DNA from: Octopus sinensis
Lineage: Eukaryota
Direction: 5' to 3'
Assembly: GCF_006345805.1 (NCBI RefSeq)
Contig: NC_042997.1
Coordinates: 200,012,001-200,076,000, forward strand
DNA: 64,000 nucleotides
Below, one piece after another: positions 49,819 through 62,284 of the stretch. The notes below the pieces were generated by a model that worked only from the letters and a program-made list of their open reading frames with translations, did not search any database and had not been told where the DNA came from. Position 1 is the first letter of the stretch. The number at the start of each line of letters is the position of its first letter. The position numbers and the translations under genes were made by a program.

Positions 49819-50216
49819 AACTAGCAGTATCGCCCGGCGTTGCTCGGGTTTGTAAGGGAAATAACTATATAAGCATTTTTAGAGAGTTATAGCCAAAAAG
49901 TAGCAAAAAATGCATTAAAAATGGAAAAAAAATTATGGTAAATTTTTTTTAAATCGTTGACTCATCGTAGACATTTTTAGAGAGTTACTTCCCTTATATA
50001 ATAGCGAAAAATGAATTAAAATGGAAAAAAATTATGGTAAATTTTTTTTAAAATCGTAGACTCATCGTAGACGCGCGCTAATACCCAGAAGGGCTCGATA
50101 TGAATCACGACTATAAGATACCCGCTTTTGGTTAAACTGCACCGCAAAATGTGGGAGTAGTTAGGAATCTAAATCGTAGGAGACAGACACACAACTTCAC
50201 TTTTATATATAAAGAT
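49819..50216 (+). mobile_element. Helentron-associated (HINE/DINE-1-like) element
   Basis: Starts aactagc with a subterminal hairpin cccg..cggg (49833-49848); internal ~100-bp tandem dimer; ends acttcacttttatatataaagat; no short TSD. Confidence 0.75.
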
Positions 50217-50355
50217 TATAAGATTCTACTGTCATTACTTCAGGTCGATATATTTTCACTTTCCTCAAAACCCTCTAAACTGCATGTTTCTTCCCTATTT
50301 ACTCTAGTACAATGTAATTTCAGAAATCAATAACATTTTTTATGCTTTTATCTAC

Positions 50356-51484
50356 TGTAGCAATATCGTCTCTCAGTGCTATCTTCACTGTTTGAGAAGA
50401 GTATATAGAATGACCTCGGTCGAGATTACAAACAGCTTTGGCTGGTTCAACATTGATGTAAACACTAATTCGATTGGCTGACACGTTGGTCTCTACTACG
50501 CTCGCACCGCTGGTTATAACTTGGCGCAAAATGTCTAGACTTATTTTCGCGCCATAGTCCAAGCAGCCAATCACAGCTTTCCATTTCTGAAGTTCACTGG
50601 GAGCCTGATGAAGCTTATAAAACAAGGTTTCTCAGAAAAATATTTGTTTTTAGGTTTCCAGTCCTTCTCAGGGCGAACCTCTGACCACACACCTCGTCTT
50701 AGGCTTTTATTTCTTTTAAGAACTAAGTCTCTGACCACACAGAATACTCGACCAAGTTCCAGTTTCGAGGCAGGCGACCACCATTAATACAAGATGTTAC
50801 AGATACCTCTCATACTGTTAGTGTGAAAAATCACCATGAAGAAAACGGTTACAAGATATCTATAACTAGAGAAACATAACCAAGCAGAACATATAATGAA
50901 GAAGCAGCAAGAACCAATCGACAAACATCGAAGATTTAAATTGTACACGAGACAACTACAGATTCAACTATAGCGGTTAGGTGAAATTCTCGCCACGAAG
51001 AAAACGGCTACGGTAACATGTCTGGAAGTATATTCATATCAAGAGAAAGATAAACACAACGAGTGATTCAATTAATCTCAACTGCGACACGCAATACCTT
51101 GATATAGAACTCTTACAGTGTACCTCATAAACGGTAAATCAATTATCTGTTTCTTGGGTTCTAGTTTCTTCTAAGAACTACCTTAAGCCATCTGTTATTA
51201 CCTGTTGCCAAGCCGATACCAACAACATTAACTGTGAATCAAATCCCATCGACAATTCACTGGTCAGTACCTTTTTACGCCTAACGAACACACAGACACA
51301 AAAACATGCGAACACTTACAAACTTCCAACATCAAACATGATTGTAAAATATGTAAAATAAATAATGTATATATCTTAAAAAGAAATCTTGTTGTCATTC
51401 CAAACTTATGTGTATTGCCGCTGCATGTAAAATATAGTCAGTAAAATATATTATTAAGAATAGGAACACGTTACTATTTTTATA
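50356..51484 (+). mobile_element. Putative solo LTR (1129 bp) with a 4-bp TSD
   Basis: Interrupts duplication copy B exactly; CTAC on both sides (50352-55 and 51485-88); starts TGTAG; contains CCAAT, TATAAAA and AATAAA. The 3' end reads TA rather than CA. Confidence 0.6.
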
Positions 51485-51843
51485 CTACCATCAAATTTCA
51501 CCCTGCTGTTTCGTATTAAATTTCATGTGTTCTTCATGTGTAACTATAGTAATTTTTTGCGCCCCTCGAATATCAAAATGCTATTGTTACATTAGATCTC
51601 TATCATTTTTTATTACCAATTTACAAGAAGTAAGACGGCTCTCCATGCGGTTTTCTGCTCGTTGTTAGATGTTATCATATTTACACATTTGATTCCGTAT
51701 TTATGTAATCTTTCTGATATGTTAAGTCGAATTTTCCTTTGAATCCTTCATTCGTCTAATAGTACTCAGTAAATTTGGGGTATAACTACAGAAGAAATGT
51801 GTCCCACGGAATTTGTTTCGGATATTTTCGTTTTGAACGGCAG

Positions 51844-52634
51844 TTTTTTTCTAGCAGTGTCATATGAAATTGTCACCCATAATTATGACCCTATTATCGA
51901 TCTATTGCATTTCAATCTGTTTTAGGGTTAGGGTGGGGGGAAGGGTATCTTTTTTTCTTCACAAATGTAAATAAACCCCATCTGTTTCTTAAACGAGGGA
52001 CATATTCATACGGCACAGAACGTTTTTTTTTACCTCAATAGACGTCAGTGATTGGTTGAAATTGCAGAAATTGAAGAAAAACAACAGCAAATATCTTACA
52101 AACCATAGAATTTGGATCTTTTCCTTTTGAACGGCATTTTGTAACATAATTTTAGGTAACTAAAAAGTTTTAAACTTCGTATACTGGTAGAATGTGTTTA
52201 TAAAACATCATTTTCTCTTGGCTTTATTGAGAAGATTCTATAGGTTGTAAGATATTTCGTCTTTAATTTCGAGCATTTCGGCAATTTTAACCAATCACTG
52301 ACGTCCATTTAGGTAAATAACATTCTGTGCCTAATGAATATGTCCCTCCTTTAAGAAACAGATTGGGTTTATTTACATTTGTGAAGAAAAAAAGATACCC
52401 TTCCCCAACCCCTAACCCAAAATCTAAAATAGATTGAAATGCAATAGATCGATACTAGGACCATAATTATGGGTGACATTTCCATTTGACACCGCTAGAA
52501 AAAAATCCCATTTTCCGTAGCGGTGTCGTATGAAATTGTCACCCATAATTATAACCCTACTATCGATCTATTGCATTTCAATCTATTTTAGATTTAGGGT
52601 TAGGGTTAGAGGTGGGGGAAAGGTATCTTTTTTC
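51844..52634. mobile_element. MITE with ~210-bp TIRs (51844-52505) plus a third partial arm (52518-52634)
   Basis: ctagcagtgtcatatgaaattgtcacccataattat..tcgatctattgcatttcaatct..ttagggttaggg and its reverse complement. Confidence 0.88.
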
Positions 52635-53799
52635 TGGCTTTGGAAATTGAAGCAAAAAAAAAAAAAATCCCCCGCCCAGGACCGATTTTGGTCGATTTTG
52701 TTCCACGATGATTTTTTTGAACACAACACACATTAAAACTATAGGAGAAGCTTTTACGGTTAAAAAAAAGGAAATATTTTTAGTCGTAGAGATGTATGAT
52801 TAAAGGGAGATTTGGCTGGTTTTTCTAGCATATCCCATGACCACTTTCCTCGTTTCCTTTTCAGTGTGAACAGTATTGATGTTTTTCAATATTTTCTCTC
52901 CATTAGTAATAGCATAAACACATTTATGCTATTAAAAACAATTTTTTGAAAATTTATGATTTTTAACAACCTTACCGGCTTTTTTTTTTTAATTATCATT
53001 CCAAAAAAAATTTTGTGGAAAAGATGCTCCAGATCACGGAATAGATCCCAGATCCTTTTCAAGGGCACTGTGAAAAAGAATATGAAAAATCACAATCAAA
53101 ACAGAAATTTCAACTTGTTGGTGCTTCCTATCTCCCACGTCCGCCTATTTTATTTATTTATTTTTTTGTTTTAGATTAAATAAGAAATTTTCTGACTTAC
53201 AGAAAATTAATCATCTGTTACATATACATAATGTTGGTGTATATATATATCTGTTTATCCAATCCCAAAATAAAGATGGAAAAAGAGGAACTACGATAGA
53301 AAAAGAAAGGAAAAAATATTTTAAATGTTGGGATAACTATATAAATGTGCTACCACCCGTATTTGCTTCCTCATAACTTCTAGAAAAATGAATTTTTTTT
53401 AAAAATGGAACTTTTTACAAACATGCTTCAGATAGTGCAGATTCCAATTATATCGGAATTTGATGGGAAAAACAAAAAAATCCATGAATGGAAAGAGGAG
53501 TTTTGGATAACACACACAAGTCGCTTTGTTTCCCTACAACTTTCAGAAAAATGGGTACTTCTTTATGAAATTTTCTACAAACATCTTTCAGAATGTGTAG
53601 ATTGAGATTATATTGGAATTCGATATGGAAAAAAACTCACAAACTTATACATACTTCATTTTGTAGATATATGTAATGTGTGTCAGTACGTATATGTGTT
53701 AGTCCACTGGCTAATTTTTCATATTAAATTAATATGTAATAGTATTCTACGTAGGCTGAAAGGTATTCGTAGAAAATTTCATTAAAAAATACCTATTTT

Positions 53800-54335
53800 T
53801 CTGAAACTGAAAGAAGCCCGCCGTTGCCAGCCTCGTCTGGCCCCTGTGCCGGTGGCACATAAAAAGTACCATCCGACCGTGGCCATTTGCCATCCCTAAG
53901 TACCATCCGACCGTGGCCATTTGCCAGCCCTGTCTGGCACGTAAAAAGTACCCACTACATTCACGGAGTGGTTGGCGTTAGGAAGGGCATCCAGCCGTAG
54001 AAACATTGCCAGATCAGACTGGGCCTGGTGCAGCCTTCTGGCTTCCCAGACCCCGGTTGAACCGTCCAACCCATGCTAGCATGCAAAGCGGATGCTAAAT
54101 GGTGATGATGATGATATATGTGTATGTATATTTTTGTGTGTCTGTGTTTGTCCCCCCAACATCACTTGGCAACTGATACTGGTGTGTTCACGTCCCTGTA
54201 ACTTAGTAGTTTGGCAAAAAAGACTGATAGAATAAGTACTAGACTTACAAAGAATAAGTCCTGGGGTAGATTTGCTTGACTAAAGGCAGTGCTCCAGCAT
54301 GGCCGCAGTCAAATAACTGAAACTAGTAAAAGAGT
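53800..54335 (+). mobile_element. Composite: SINE B mid-piece, family A RTE tail and SINE B 3' half
   Basis: gaaactgaaagaagcccg, then the family A tail to (gat)n, then tgtgtctgtgtttgtcccc..cagcatggccgcagtcaaataactgaaac. Confidence 0.85.
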
Positions 54336-55611
54336 AAACAAAGCCGATTCATGTGAATTTCCCAAAACCCCTATCTCCACTCACAGAAATATTTTTCGCA
54401 ATAAATTCTGAGAAAATCTGAAGTGTGTTTGTTGAAAATTTCATTTTTGAAAATCCATTTTTCTAAAAGTTATGAGAAAACAAATTCAGTGGTGGGGGGC
54501 ACACTTGGGTAGGTATGCTTTAATATTTGTTTTGTTTTGTGTGAGTTTATATTCCTATGGCTATTCTGACAGAATTCTATTGGTTACTATTAGTAATTAA
54601 TAAATTTAACAAAGGAGCTCGTAACCTTGTCTATTTTAGCACTAATGATAATTGATAATCAAACTTATAATTGAAATCATTAATGCTCTTTGTTTAACTT
54701 GAAGTTTTAATCAAAACTTCTTGACATGAAATCCAGAGATTACCTACATACAATTTAGTATACACTGCATATAACTTAAACATGAAAGTTAATTATTTCA
54801 AATAATATCTTCAGCTTTTGTAATCATCGTAACGATCTATAAATAAAATCAAATATTTCCCAACAATTTATAAATAAAAAAAATAGTTTAATAATTTTTA
54901 ATGGTCTATTTATATTTGTTTATATCATTATGTAAACTCTTCAGATATGAAATTTCTCTTGCTACCATTCAATATTTTCCATAACTGTTGACTAGAATAA
55001 TATATTGAAGATTCTTGTATGGATAGCTAGATTTCTGTCGTTTAAAATTCATTTTGAAACCAGCATCTTTCTCTTGAGGATGAATACTTAAAGCAATAAT
55101 GTTGTGGTATCTGCTTAAACTTTTTCTTACTTTCAAAAACTTGTTTGTTTTCTTATTGAAGAGAATTCCAAAGTGTAAATGTATTATATATTTTCAGGTG
55201 AATAGACACATAAAATAACTCATGTTTTATGTAAAATAAACAGAGTATCAATTCCCTTAAAGCTAATCCTATTTTAGCACAATGAATATGAGATGTTGAT
55301 AAACACATTTTAATATTTAAATATTTAATTTATTTTCCAAAATTTTTTTGACTATTTACACTTTAAAATATTTTCATTTTTTAAAGATATATTTTGTTTT
55401 GAAAGCAATATTAATTTGAAATAATAATTTATTATTTTTGAAATGAGAAAATTCCATATAATCAATTTTCCCTGGAAATGTTGTCATCACAAATAGAATT
55501 ACAATAAACATTTTCAGTTTTATCAAATATTTACAAGTAGGCTCAAGAAGACCTACGAAATGAAAACAGTTAAATCAATATTTAGAAGCACCCAAAAAAT
55601 TCAAGTATCAA

Positions 55612-56060
55612 TCTGGTTGGGTGTGTGCTAAGTAGTTTGCTTACCAACTACATGGTTCCAGGTTCAGTCCCACTGCATGGCACCTTGGGCAAGTGTCTTC
55701 TACTATAGCTTCGGGCCGACCAAAGCCTTGTGAGTGGATTTGGTAGATGGAAACTGGAAAGAAGCCTGTCAAGTATATTTAAAAAAATTTTTTATTTTTA
55801 TTTCATCTAGTTTCAGCTCACAAGCTGTGGCCATGCTGGGGCACCGCCCTTTAAAATTTTATGATAGCGAAGCGACCAAATTAACCATTCGGCCACACTG
55901 TGTGTGTGTGTTTGTGTGTCTGTGTTTGTCCCCGCAACATCGCTTGACAAACAATGCTGGTGTGTTTACATCCCCGTAACTTAGCAGTTCAGCAAAAGAG
56001 ACTGTCAGAATAAGTACTAGGCTTATAAAGAATAAGTCCTGAGGTCGATTTGCTTCGATT
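55612..56060 (+). mobile_element. SINE family B containing an inverted tail piece
   Basis: aaccacatgg-like head, caccttgggcaagtgtcttc box and body; a minus-strand tail piece at about 55800-55850. Confidence 0.8.
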
Positions 56061-56147
56061 AAATTGGATCTGCCAATATTTTATGAGTGAATTTGGTATA
56101 CAGAAACTCTATGGAAGCCCATCTTGTGTATATATGTATGTGTATGT

Positions 56148-56580
56148 AAGGTGGTGAGCTGGCAGAAATGTTAGCATACTGGGCAAAATGCTTAGCGGTA
56201 TTTCGTCTGTCTTTATATTCTGAGTTCAAATTCTGCCGATATCGATTTTCCTTTCACCCTTTCAGGATAGATAAACTAAGTACCAGTTACATACTGAGGT
56301 TGATCTAATCGACTGGCCCCCTCCCCAAAAATTTCAGGCCTTTTGCCTAGAGTAGAAAAGTATATGTGTGCATGTTTGTGTGTCTGTACCTCGCACTATA
56401 GTTGTCACTACTGGGTGACAACTAATGTTGGTTTGATTATAGTCCCACAACTTAGCAGTTTGGCAAAAGAAACTGACAGAATAAGTACCGGACTTAAAAA
56501 TATACATTAAGGTCGATTTGTTCAATTAAACCTTTCAAATAAGTGCCCCAGTATGGCCACTGAAACAAATAAAAGATGTA
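56148..56580 (+). mobile_element. SINE D head fused to a SINE B 3' half
   Basis: ggtgagctggcagaaatgttag..gagttcaaattc, then (TG) and cttagcagtttggcaaaag..cagtatggccactgaaacaa. Confidence 0.8.
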
Positions 56581-57249
56581 TGCTCATCCATGTTCACTGT
56601 TTGTATCAACAACTTCTTCCAATGCAAGATCTTCTGTAGTGTTGTTCAGGTTTGTTTGAAATAGCAGAAAAATTCCTTTCCTCAAATCACACACTACCAT
56701 ATTAGAAGAGAAGGACTCTTTGGATAACGTAATCATTAATGTGATGAGAATGGTGGTTGTAGTGAGATTATCTTCGATCATAGTTTTACTTCATCAATGT
56801 AACATTATGTATAGCAACCTCAATGTGTGGCTATGGGTGCAATTGTGGTTGTATGTTTAAGAGTGTAGCGTGGCACAAGTAGCCAGCACCATTTTTGTAA
56901 TGAGATCTCGCTGGCAGCTATTATCTTGTCCGAGACAAAAGCGAGATCTTGTGTACAATCGTTTGCCATGCATGACGCCACAATGAGGCTCTCTTTGACA
57001 ACGACTACTTAAGCAGGTGCAGAAGACGTTCAACCTGTCTTAGTCTTCTCCAGCTCGCTTACGGTGAGAGATACTACGAAGCAGGCAGCTACAGCGGACT
57101 CTCACCACATCTGTTATTCTCCAGAGGTAATGTACCTCACGTGAGGGGAGATATCACAAGCCATGAAGCTGGACACCTAGAATGAGACACAAGATCAGGA
57201 ATCACAATAAACGGGGGACAATCAATATCTAAAAGAATATTTTCAATGA

Positions 57250-57520
57250 GGTCTTTTGCCTGTCCTTCCAGACTTAAGAGGAACTGATGGAGGCTATTGT
57301 CCAAAGTGAATATCTGCAGGAAACACATGGGTGAGGAAAGTATGTCTCTGGGAGCTGGACTGAAAACTTGCAACAGAATGAATTTTTTAACTGGCACGGG
57401 GAACGATCAATATCTAAAAGAATATTTTCGCTGAGAGATTAAGAGTTTCATTTTATTTTTAGTTCTTAATGACTGATCTTATTCTTTTAAAAGTTTTTTT
57501 CATAGGAAGAAGAATCCATC
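57250..57520 (+). repeat. Dispersed ~270-bp repeat, copy 1 (copy 2 at 60326-60595)
   Basis: ggtcttttgcctgtcct..cataggaagaagaatccatc is nearly identical at both sites. Confidence 0.9.
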
Positions 57521-57639
57521 TTCTTTTGTACTCCTGATCCTTAAGACAGAAAATAATTATAATGGGAGAAGGTGATACTCTACTGGTATCATAAACCTTC
57601 CTTTCCATTATAAAAGGTTTGTGTTCCTACCAAAGTGTG

Positions 57640-57960
57640 AAGGCACATGGCTTAGTGGTTAGTGTATTCAGCTCATGGTTGTAAGATTGTGAGTTCAATT
57701 CTCGGTGATGCATTGTGTCCTTGAGCAAGGCACTTTATTTCACATTGCTCCAGTCCGTTCATCTGGTGAAAATGGGTTGTACTTGTAATTCAAAGGGCCA
57801 ATTGTGTCACATTCTGTGTCACACTGAATCTCCCTGAGAACTACACTAAGTGGGTATGCATGTCTGCGGAATACTCAGCCACTTGTATGTTAATTTTACA
57901 AGCTAGCTGTTCCATAAGTTGGATCAACTGGAATCTCTGTTATTGTAACAGAGTGCCAGT
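57640..57960 (+). mobile_element. tRNA-derived SINE family C
   Basis: A box tggcttagtggttag, B box gagttcaattc, tgtgtccttgagcaaggcact box. Confidence 0.8.
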
Positions 57961-58129
57961 TTTCCAACCAAACGTTTTCAGGTTCATTCCACGGCATGAC
58001 AACTGAGATGTCTCCTGCTGTGTGTGTGTGTGTGTGTTAGTGTCTCCTCATCTTGACATGGCATATTTGTTGCAAATGAATGTCATCCATTTCTAATATT
58101 CCTTCACTAAAACTCCCACCCCTTCTTGT

Positions 58130-58380
58130 TCTGATCAGTTGCTCACTTCCTGCACTCAACGACACTTTATCAACCAAGTGGAGGTGGAAACGTCAGTGGA
58201 ATTCTTTACCTCAAAGTACCAGAACTGGTATCAGCGTGGAATCAAAGAACTGGCAGAAAGGTGGCTTCAGACCGTGTAACACAATGGGCTCTACTTTGAA
58301 TGCAAAAATACTTTTGTTGTAACTTAACAAATAAAGCAAATAACTTACCAAAATATTGAAAAACTCTTGGCTCAATACAA
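58130..58380 (+). pseudogene. Mariner transposase C-terminal remnant
   Basis: FTSKYQNWYQRGIKELAERWLQTV*HNGLYFE. Confidence 0.75.
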
Positions 58381-59345
58381 TAACAATGTCTTTTTTTTTT
58401 TCACAAGAAAAGTAAATTGTATGCTGCAGGGAAACAGTATTAAGGATGCTATTTTAAGATGTTAAATTTTTTTGTGTTTCATTTCTAAAAGTAAATTAAT
58501 ATGAGTTAATAACATTTCTTGGCTGTCTTATGTAGGGTGCAAATCTCAAGAAGTAAAACGCCTAAATAATTGATCTGGAACAATATTTTGACAAAGTTCC
58601 AGTTAATTTATAAGTAACTAAAGTAAAGACTAAATTTCTCGCTTTCAACTTCTAAAATCAATATCTTACAAATTAATCTAGATTAGATAGTAGGTCAATA
58701 GATTCCAAAACAAAACTGTTGAGAGGGAGATTTATCCTTGTTTTATGTTATTACAGTGTCCAAAGCAAGATTTTGTGGGTTGCTTGAAGCATTGTTCATT
58801 AGATATATGTCTTGCAAACAACTTGCACATGCAAGTGCTACCAGTTAAAAGCTCCATATACCGAAAGCTAGCAAGTGTATGGGGTCATCAGGAGAGAATG
58901 CGCGCTGTTTCGGGGCCTACCTCTCGACGGCATCAATGCGCACCTGCCCCCCCCCTCACTGATATGAGGCCCCGCTTGCTAGATCAGCTGGTTATGAAGA
59001 ACTCAATATACTTCTAGCCATCGCTCATCGTCTCTTTTTAACCAGATCCAGAAAGGGGATGGAAGATGCCTCTTTTTACCGTCTCAAATTAGGGCTTAAA
59101 ATGTCCAACACAAACAAGACAAAGTTTCAATATGAGAAGGTGAACAAAATGCTTTGTGGCATTTTGTCTGTCTTTAGATTCTGTGTTCAAATTCCATTGA
59201 GGTTGACTTTGCTTTTCATGCTTTCAATGATCAATAAAATAAGTACCAGTTGAGCGCTGGGGTTGATGTGAATAACTTACCTATTCACCCCCAACTTGCT
59301 GGTCTTGTGTCAAATATTTGAAACCTAAAATGGGGAGGTAAAGAT

Positions 59346-59777
59346 TGTAATTAACTAAAGTGTAGTGATGCCATTTTGGAGGTATTCAATGCGCGTGTGC
59401 AGAGGTGGATTCTTCCGGGAGGCCTGCCGGAAGTTCCCTTATGCGCATGTGCAGTAAACTAGCAGCAGCAAATTTTCCCACGTATCGATCTCTCTCGAAT
59501 GCTGACAGCCTAACAGGACGGTCGTGTTTTAGCAGTTCTCTCAAGCTGCCACCTCGTGGTGTTGCTACGCTATGCTTGAATGGACAGGATTTGGCTCACT
59601 CCACTTGACTACTGCGACGAGCTCCTAAGCTGCCGATTCACCCTGAAAGAAGAATGTAAATATTGCGAATCCAGAAATAAAGTATTTATGCTGTTGAAGT
59701 TAATCGGAAGTCTTGACTCTTTCTTTCGATTAATATTTTAATGTAAAGGATGAGAGCTGCACCCATCCAGTGTTACA
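59346..59777 (+). mobile_element. CpG-rich putative solo LTR or promoter-like island
   Basis: TGTAA...TTACA ends and AATAAA near the 3' end; no convincing TSD. Confidence 0.4.
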
Positions 59778-60325
59778 GACTTTTCATCAATGTTACAAAA
59801 GCAATTTTTGTTCTTGCTTTCTGGTTATTTTTACTGGTATATAGATATAAGATAGTTGTTTCAAGATTCGCTAGAGGGGTGACATCATCCTTTGGAACAA
59901 AGGGAATTAGCTTTAAATTACGGAGCAATCTGTATTTGTCAAATTTCTCTGTGGCTGGGCAACCAAAAAGGGAAAGCAGAGTTCCGAATAAGCTACTGGA
60001 TGAGTTTACTGCCACACTTAAACTCAAAACATAAAGGGACATAACTAAATACCATCAGACATTTTATTGACTGTTATGGAACAAATAACTGAGTTGATTA
60101 ACTGCCCCTGTTGAACTCAGAACATAAAGGGAGATAAATATTACCAGAAATTCAGGATTCAGTCAATTCACTTCTCTTGCTTATAACCATATTGTGACGG
60201 GTTGGAGATGTATAAGCATAGCTAAGATATACATATTTTTGGTATTACAATTGGCAGTTGATTAGCTCAAGTTTATCTATAATTATTGTTATTATTCATT
60301 AGTTAGAAGAGAAGGAATATGCCCA

Positions 60326-60595
60326 GGTCTTTTGCCTGTCCTTTCAGACTTAAGAGGAGCTGATGGAGGCTATTGTCCAAAGTGAACAGCTGCATGAAAC
60401 ACATGGGTGAGGAAAGTATGTCTCCGGGATCTGGACTGAAAACTTGCAACAGGATGAACTCTTTAACTGGCTCGGGGAACGATCAATATCTAAAAGAATA
60501 TTTTCACTGAGAGATTAAGAGTTTCATTTTATTTTTAGTTCTTAATGATTGAACTCATTCTTTTAAAAGTTTTTTCATAGGAAGAAGAATCCATC
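60326..60595 (+). repeat. Dispersed ~270-bp repeat, copy 2
   Basis: See 57250-57520. Confidence 0.9.
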
Positions 60596-61739
60596 ATGAT
60601 ATTTTTGATAGCAAAAACAAAAAATCATACCCTTTGGTCAAAATATCAATTTTTATTGATTAGCTCGAACTGAATAATCCTAAGATCAAAGACATTCCAG
60701 CTATGACCCCCTTCAACCTTTTTTTTAAAAATTATATAAGACTACATTGTGTAATGTGCTCAATCCTTATTTAAGACAATAAAATGCAATTTGGCTGCTA
60801 TCTCTAGCCCATCAGATGATACATAGAGTTTTCCTGTTGAACACTTCTTCTATCTGACATGTCAGGAAAACAGTGACATTAATACTCTCATCACATTTTG
60901 ATAAGCTGGACAAATTAAAACCTCTTAAAGATTTTTTGCTACTTCTCTCTCTTTTCTATTGATTTTTTCTCTCCTTTTCTGTTGATTTCTCTCTCTTTCA
61001 CTGTACCACTATCTGTCTTTATTGCTGCTTAAACAGTATCAATTCTGTTGACTAAAAGCAACAATAGATAGAGAAAATTCATATTCTTGAAACTCTCAAG
61101 ATGCTTTGAATTCTTTATAAGATACAGGAATGGCATCCTCATACAATGAAGCATGTAACGTCTTCAAGTTGTTTGGTGGTGCAGAAATTCAGATTAGTTT
61201 TGGCATTAAACATTCAGCAGAATTGGGATTTTGCTCCTTAATTTCCAGTTGAAAATTACTGACAGGTTAATGTATTTACAAGCTTTCACAGGAAGTCGCC
61301 TTATAAACGTTTACTCATCCATTTCAAATTGGTTTTGCCAGCTATTGTTAAATATTCATATAACAACGTGACCAGCCATATTGAAAATAAATAAGGTAAA
61401 GTAAAAAGCAAGATCACCAATATTTTGAAGTCCCATTACATTCTGAAATAGCCAGAAGCATTTCTAATAACACAACCAAAACAAGTATCTCTCACTTAAG
61501 TAAACATGTTACCAATGCGATTAGGTCCGCTATATGGAGAGAAAAGCTGAGCATATAAATCATCTATTTAAGAAACTATCTTTCAAGAAAAACCAAACTT
61601 CTGACCCAAGAGAATATGCACGTTCACTAGAAAGCAGCTTGATGTGTGATATTAATAAATGTTTAAAACTTAGGTAATGTATTTTAAGAAAAGCATAGAA
61701 TGTAACAAGCAAATAGCCTGATACGTTTGTTATTTATGA

Positions 61740-62240
61740 AATAATAATAATAATGAAATTATTGTATACTGTGCTCAGGTGCACCACAACTTGTCAAAAG
61801 TGCGTATAAAGCATCTGCAGTAATGTACAAATGTCTGGGAAGTGAACAATGTATGAGTCAGATACATGCTTGCGTGTGTATGGAGAGGAGAAAATCAGGT
61901 GTAGTGTTGGCGAATCTCAGGAAGCATGGAAGTTTTGAAGGATGCAGTGCTCCGACAACTAACAACTGATGCCGGCAGTTTGTTCCATGCTTCAGCAACT
62001 CTTAGCATGAAAAAATGTTTCTGAAAGTCATGGGAGCTGTGCTGTTTTCTGACTTTGTAAACATGTCCACGTGTGTTAGACAGGTGGAGTTTGAAAAGGT
62101 GCTCAGATTTATTGTTTGTAAGATGGTTAATAATTTTATGGGTGTCTGCCAAGTCGGAGTTTCAATGTGTCCATACCCAGGGAAGTAAAGCATTCAGAAT
62201 ATGGCAAATGCCTGATGGAGGGTATTCTCTTGGTTGCACA
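61740..62240 (-). pseudogene. CR1 LINE 3' end with (ATT)n tail
   Basis: NTRGHVYKVRKQHS..KHFFMLRVAEAWNKLPASVV..STASFK. Confidence 0.88.
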
Positions 62241-62284
62241 TTGCTGACACAAATATGACAATCTTATTTGTTGAAACTCTTTTC

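Larger units (their letters stand above)
49551..51618 (+). repeat. 268-bp direct duplication: copy A 49551-49818; copy B 50217-50355 plus 51485-51618
   Basis: tataagattctactgtcattacttcaggtcg...tatcattttttattacca is present twice with few mismatches. Confidence 0.92.

Noticed and set aside
51905-52620. Interstitial telomere
   Set aside because: Only 2-3 hexamers per site, and they lie inside MITE TIRs
53405-53605. 66-aa ORF or piggyBac remnant
   Set aside because: Only faint motif resemblance, insufficient to call
57280-57340. Hammerhead in the 270-bp repeat (ctgatgga..gaaac)
   Set aside because: The core reads CUGAUGG and no helix II abuts GAAA in either copy
58830-58990. Hammerhead-like pieces (ccgaaagctagc, ctgatga, ccccgaaac) and small inverted repeats
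   Set aside because: The core elements are not in a foldable order on one strand
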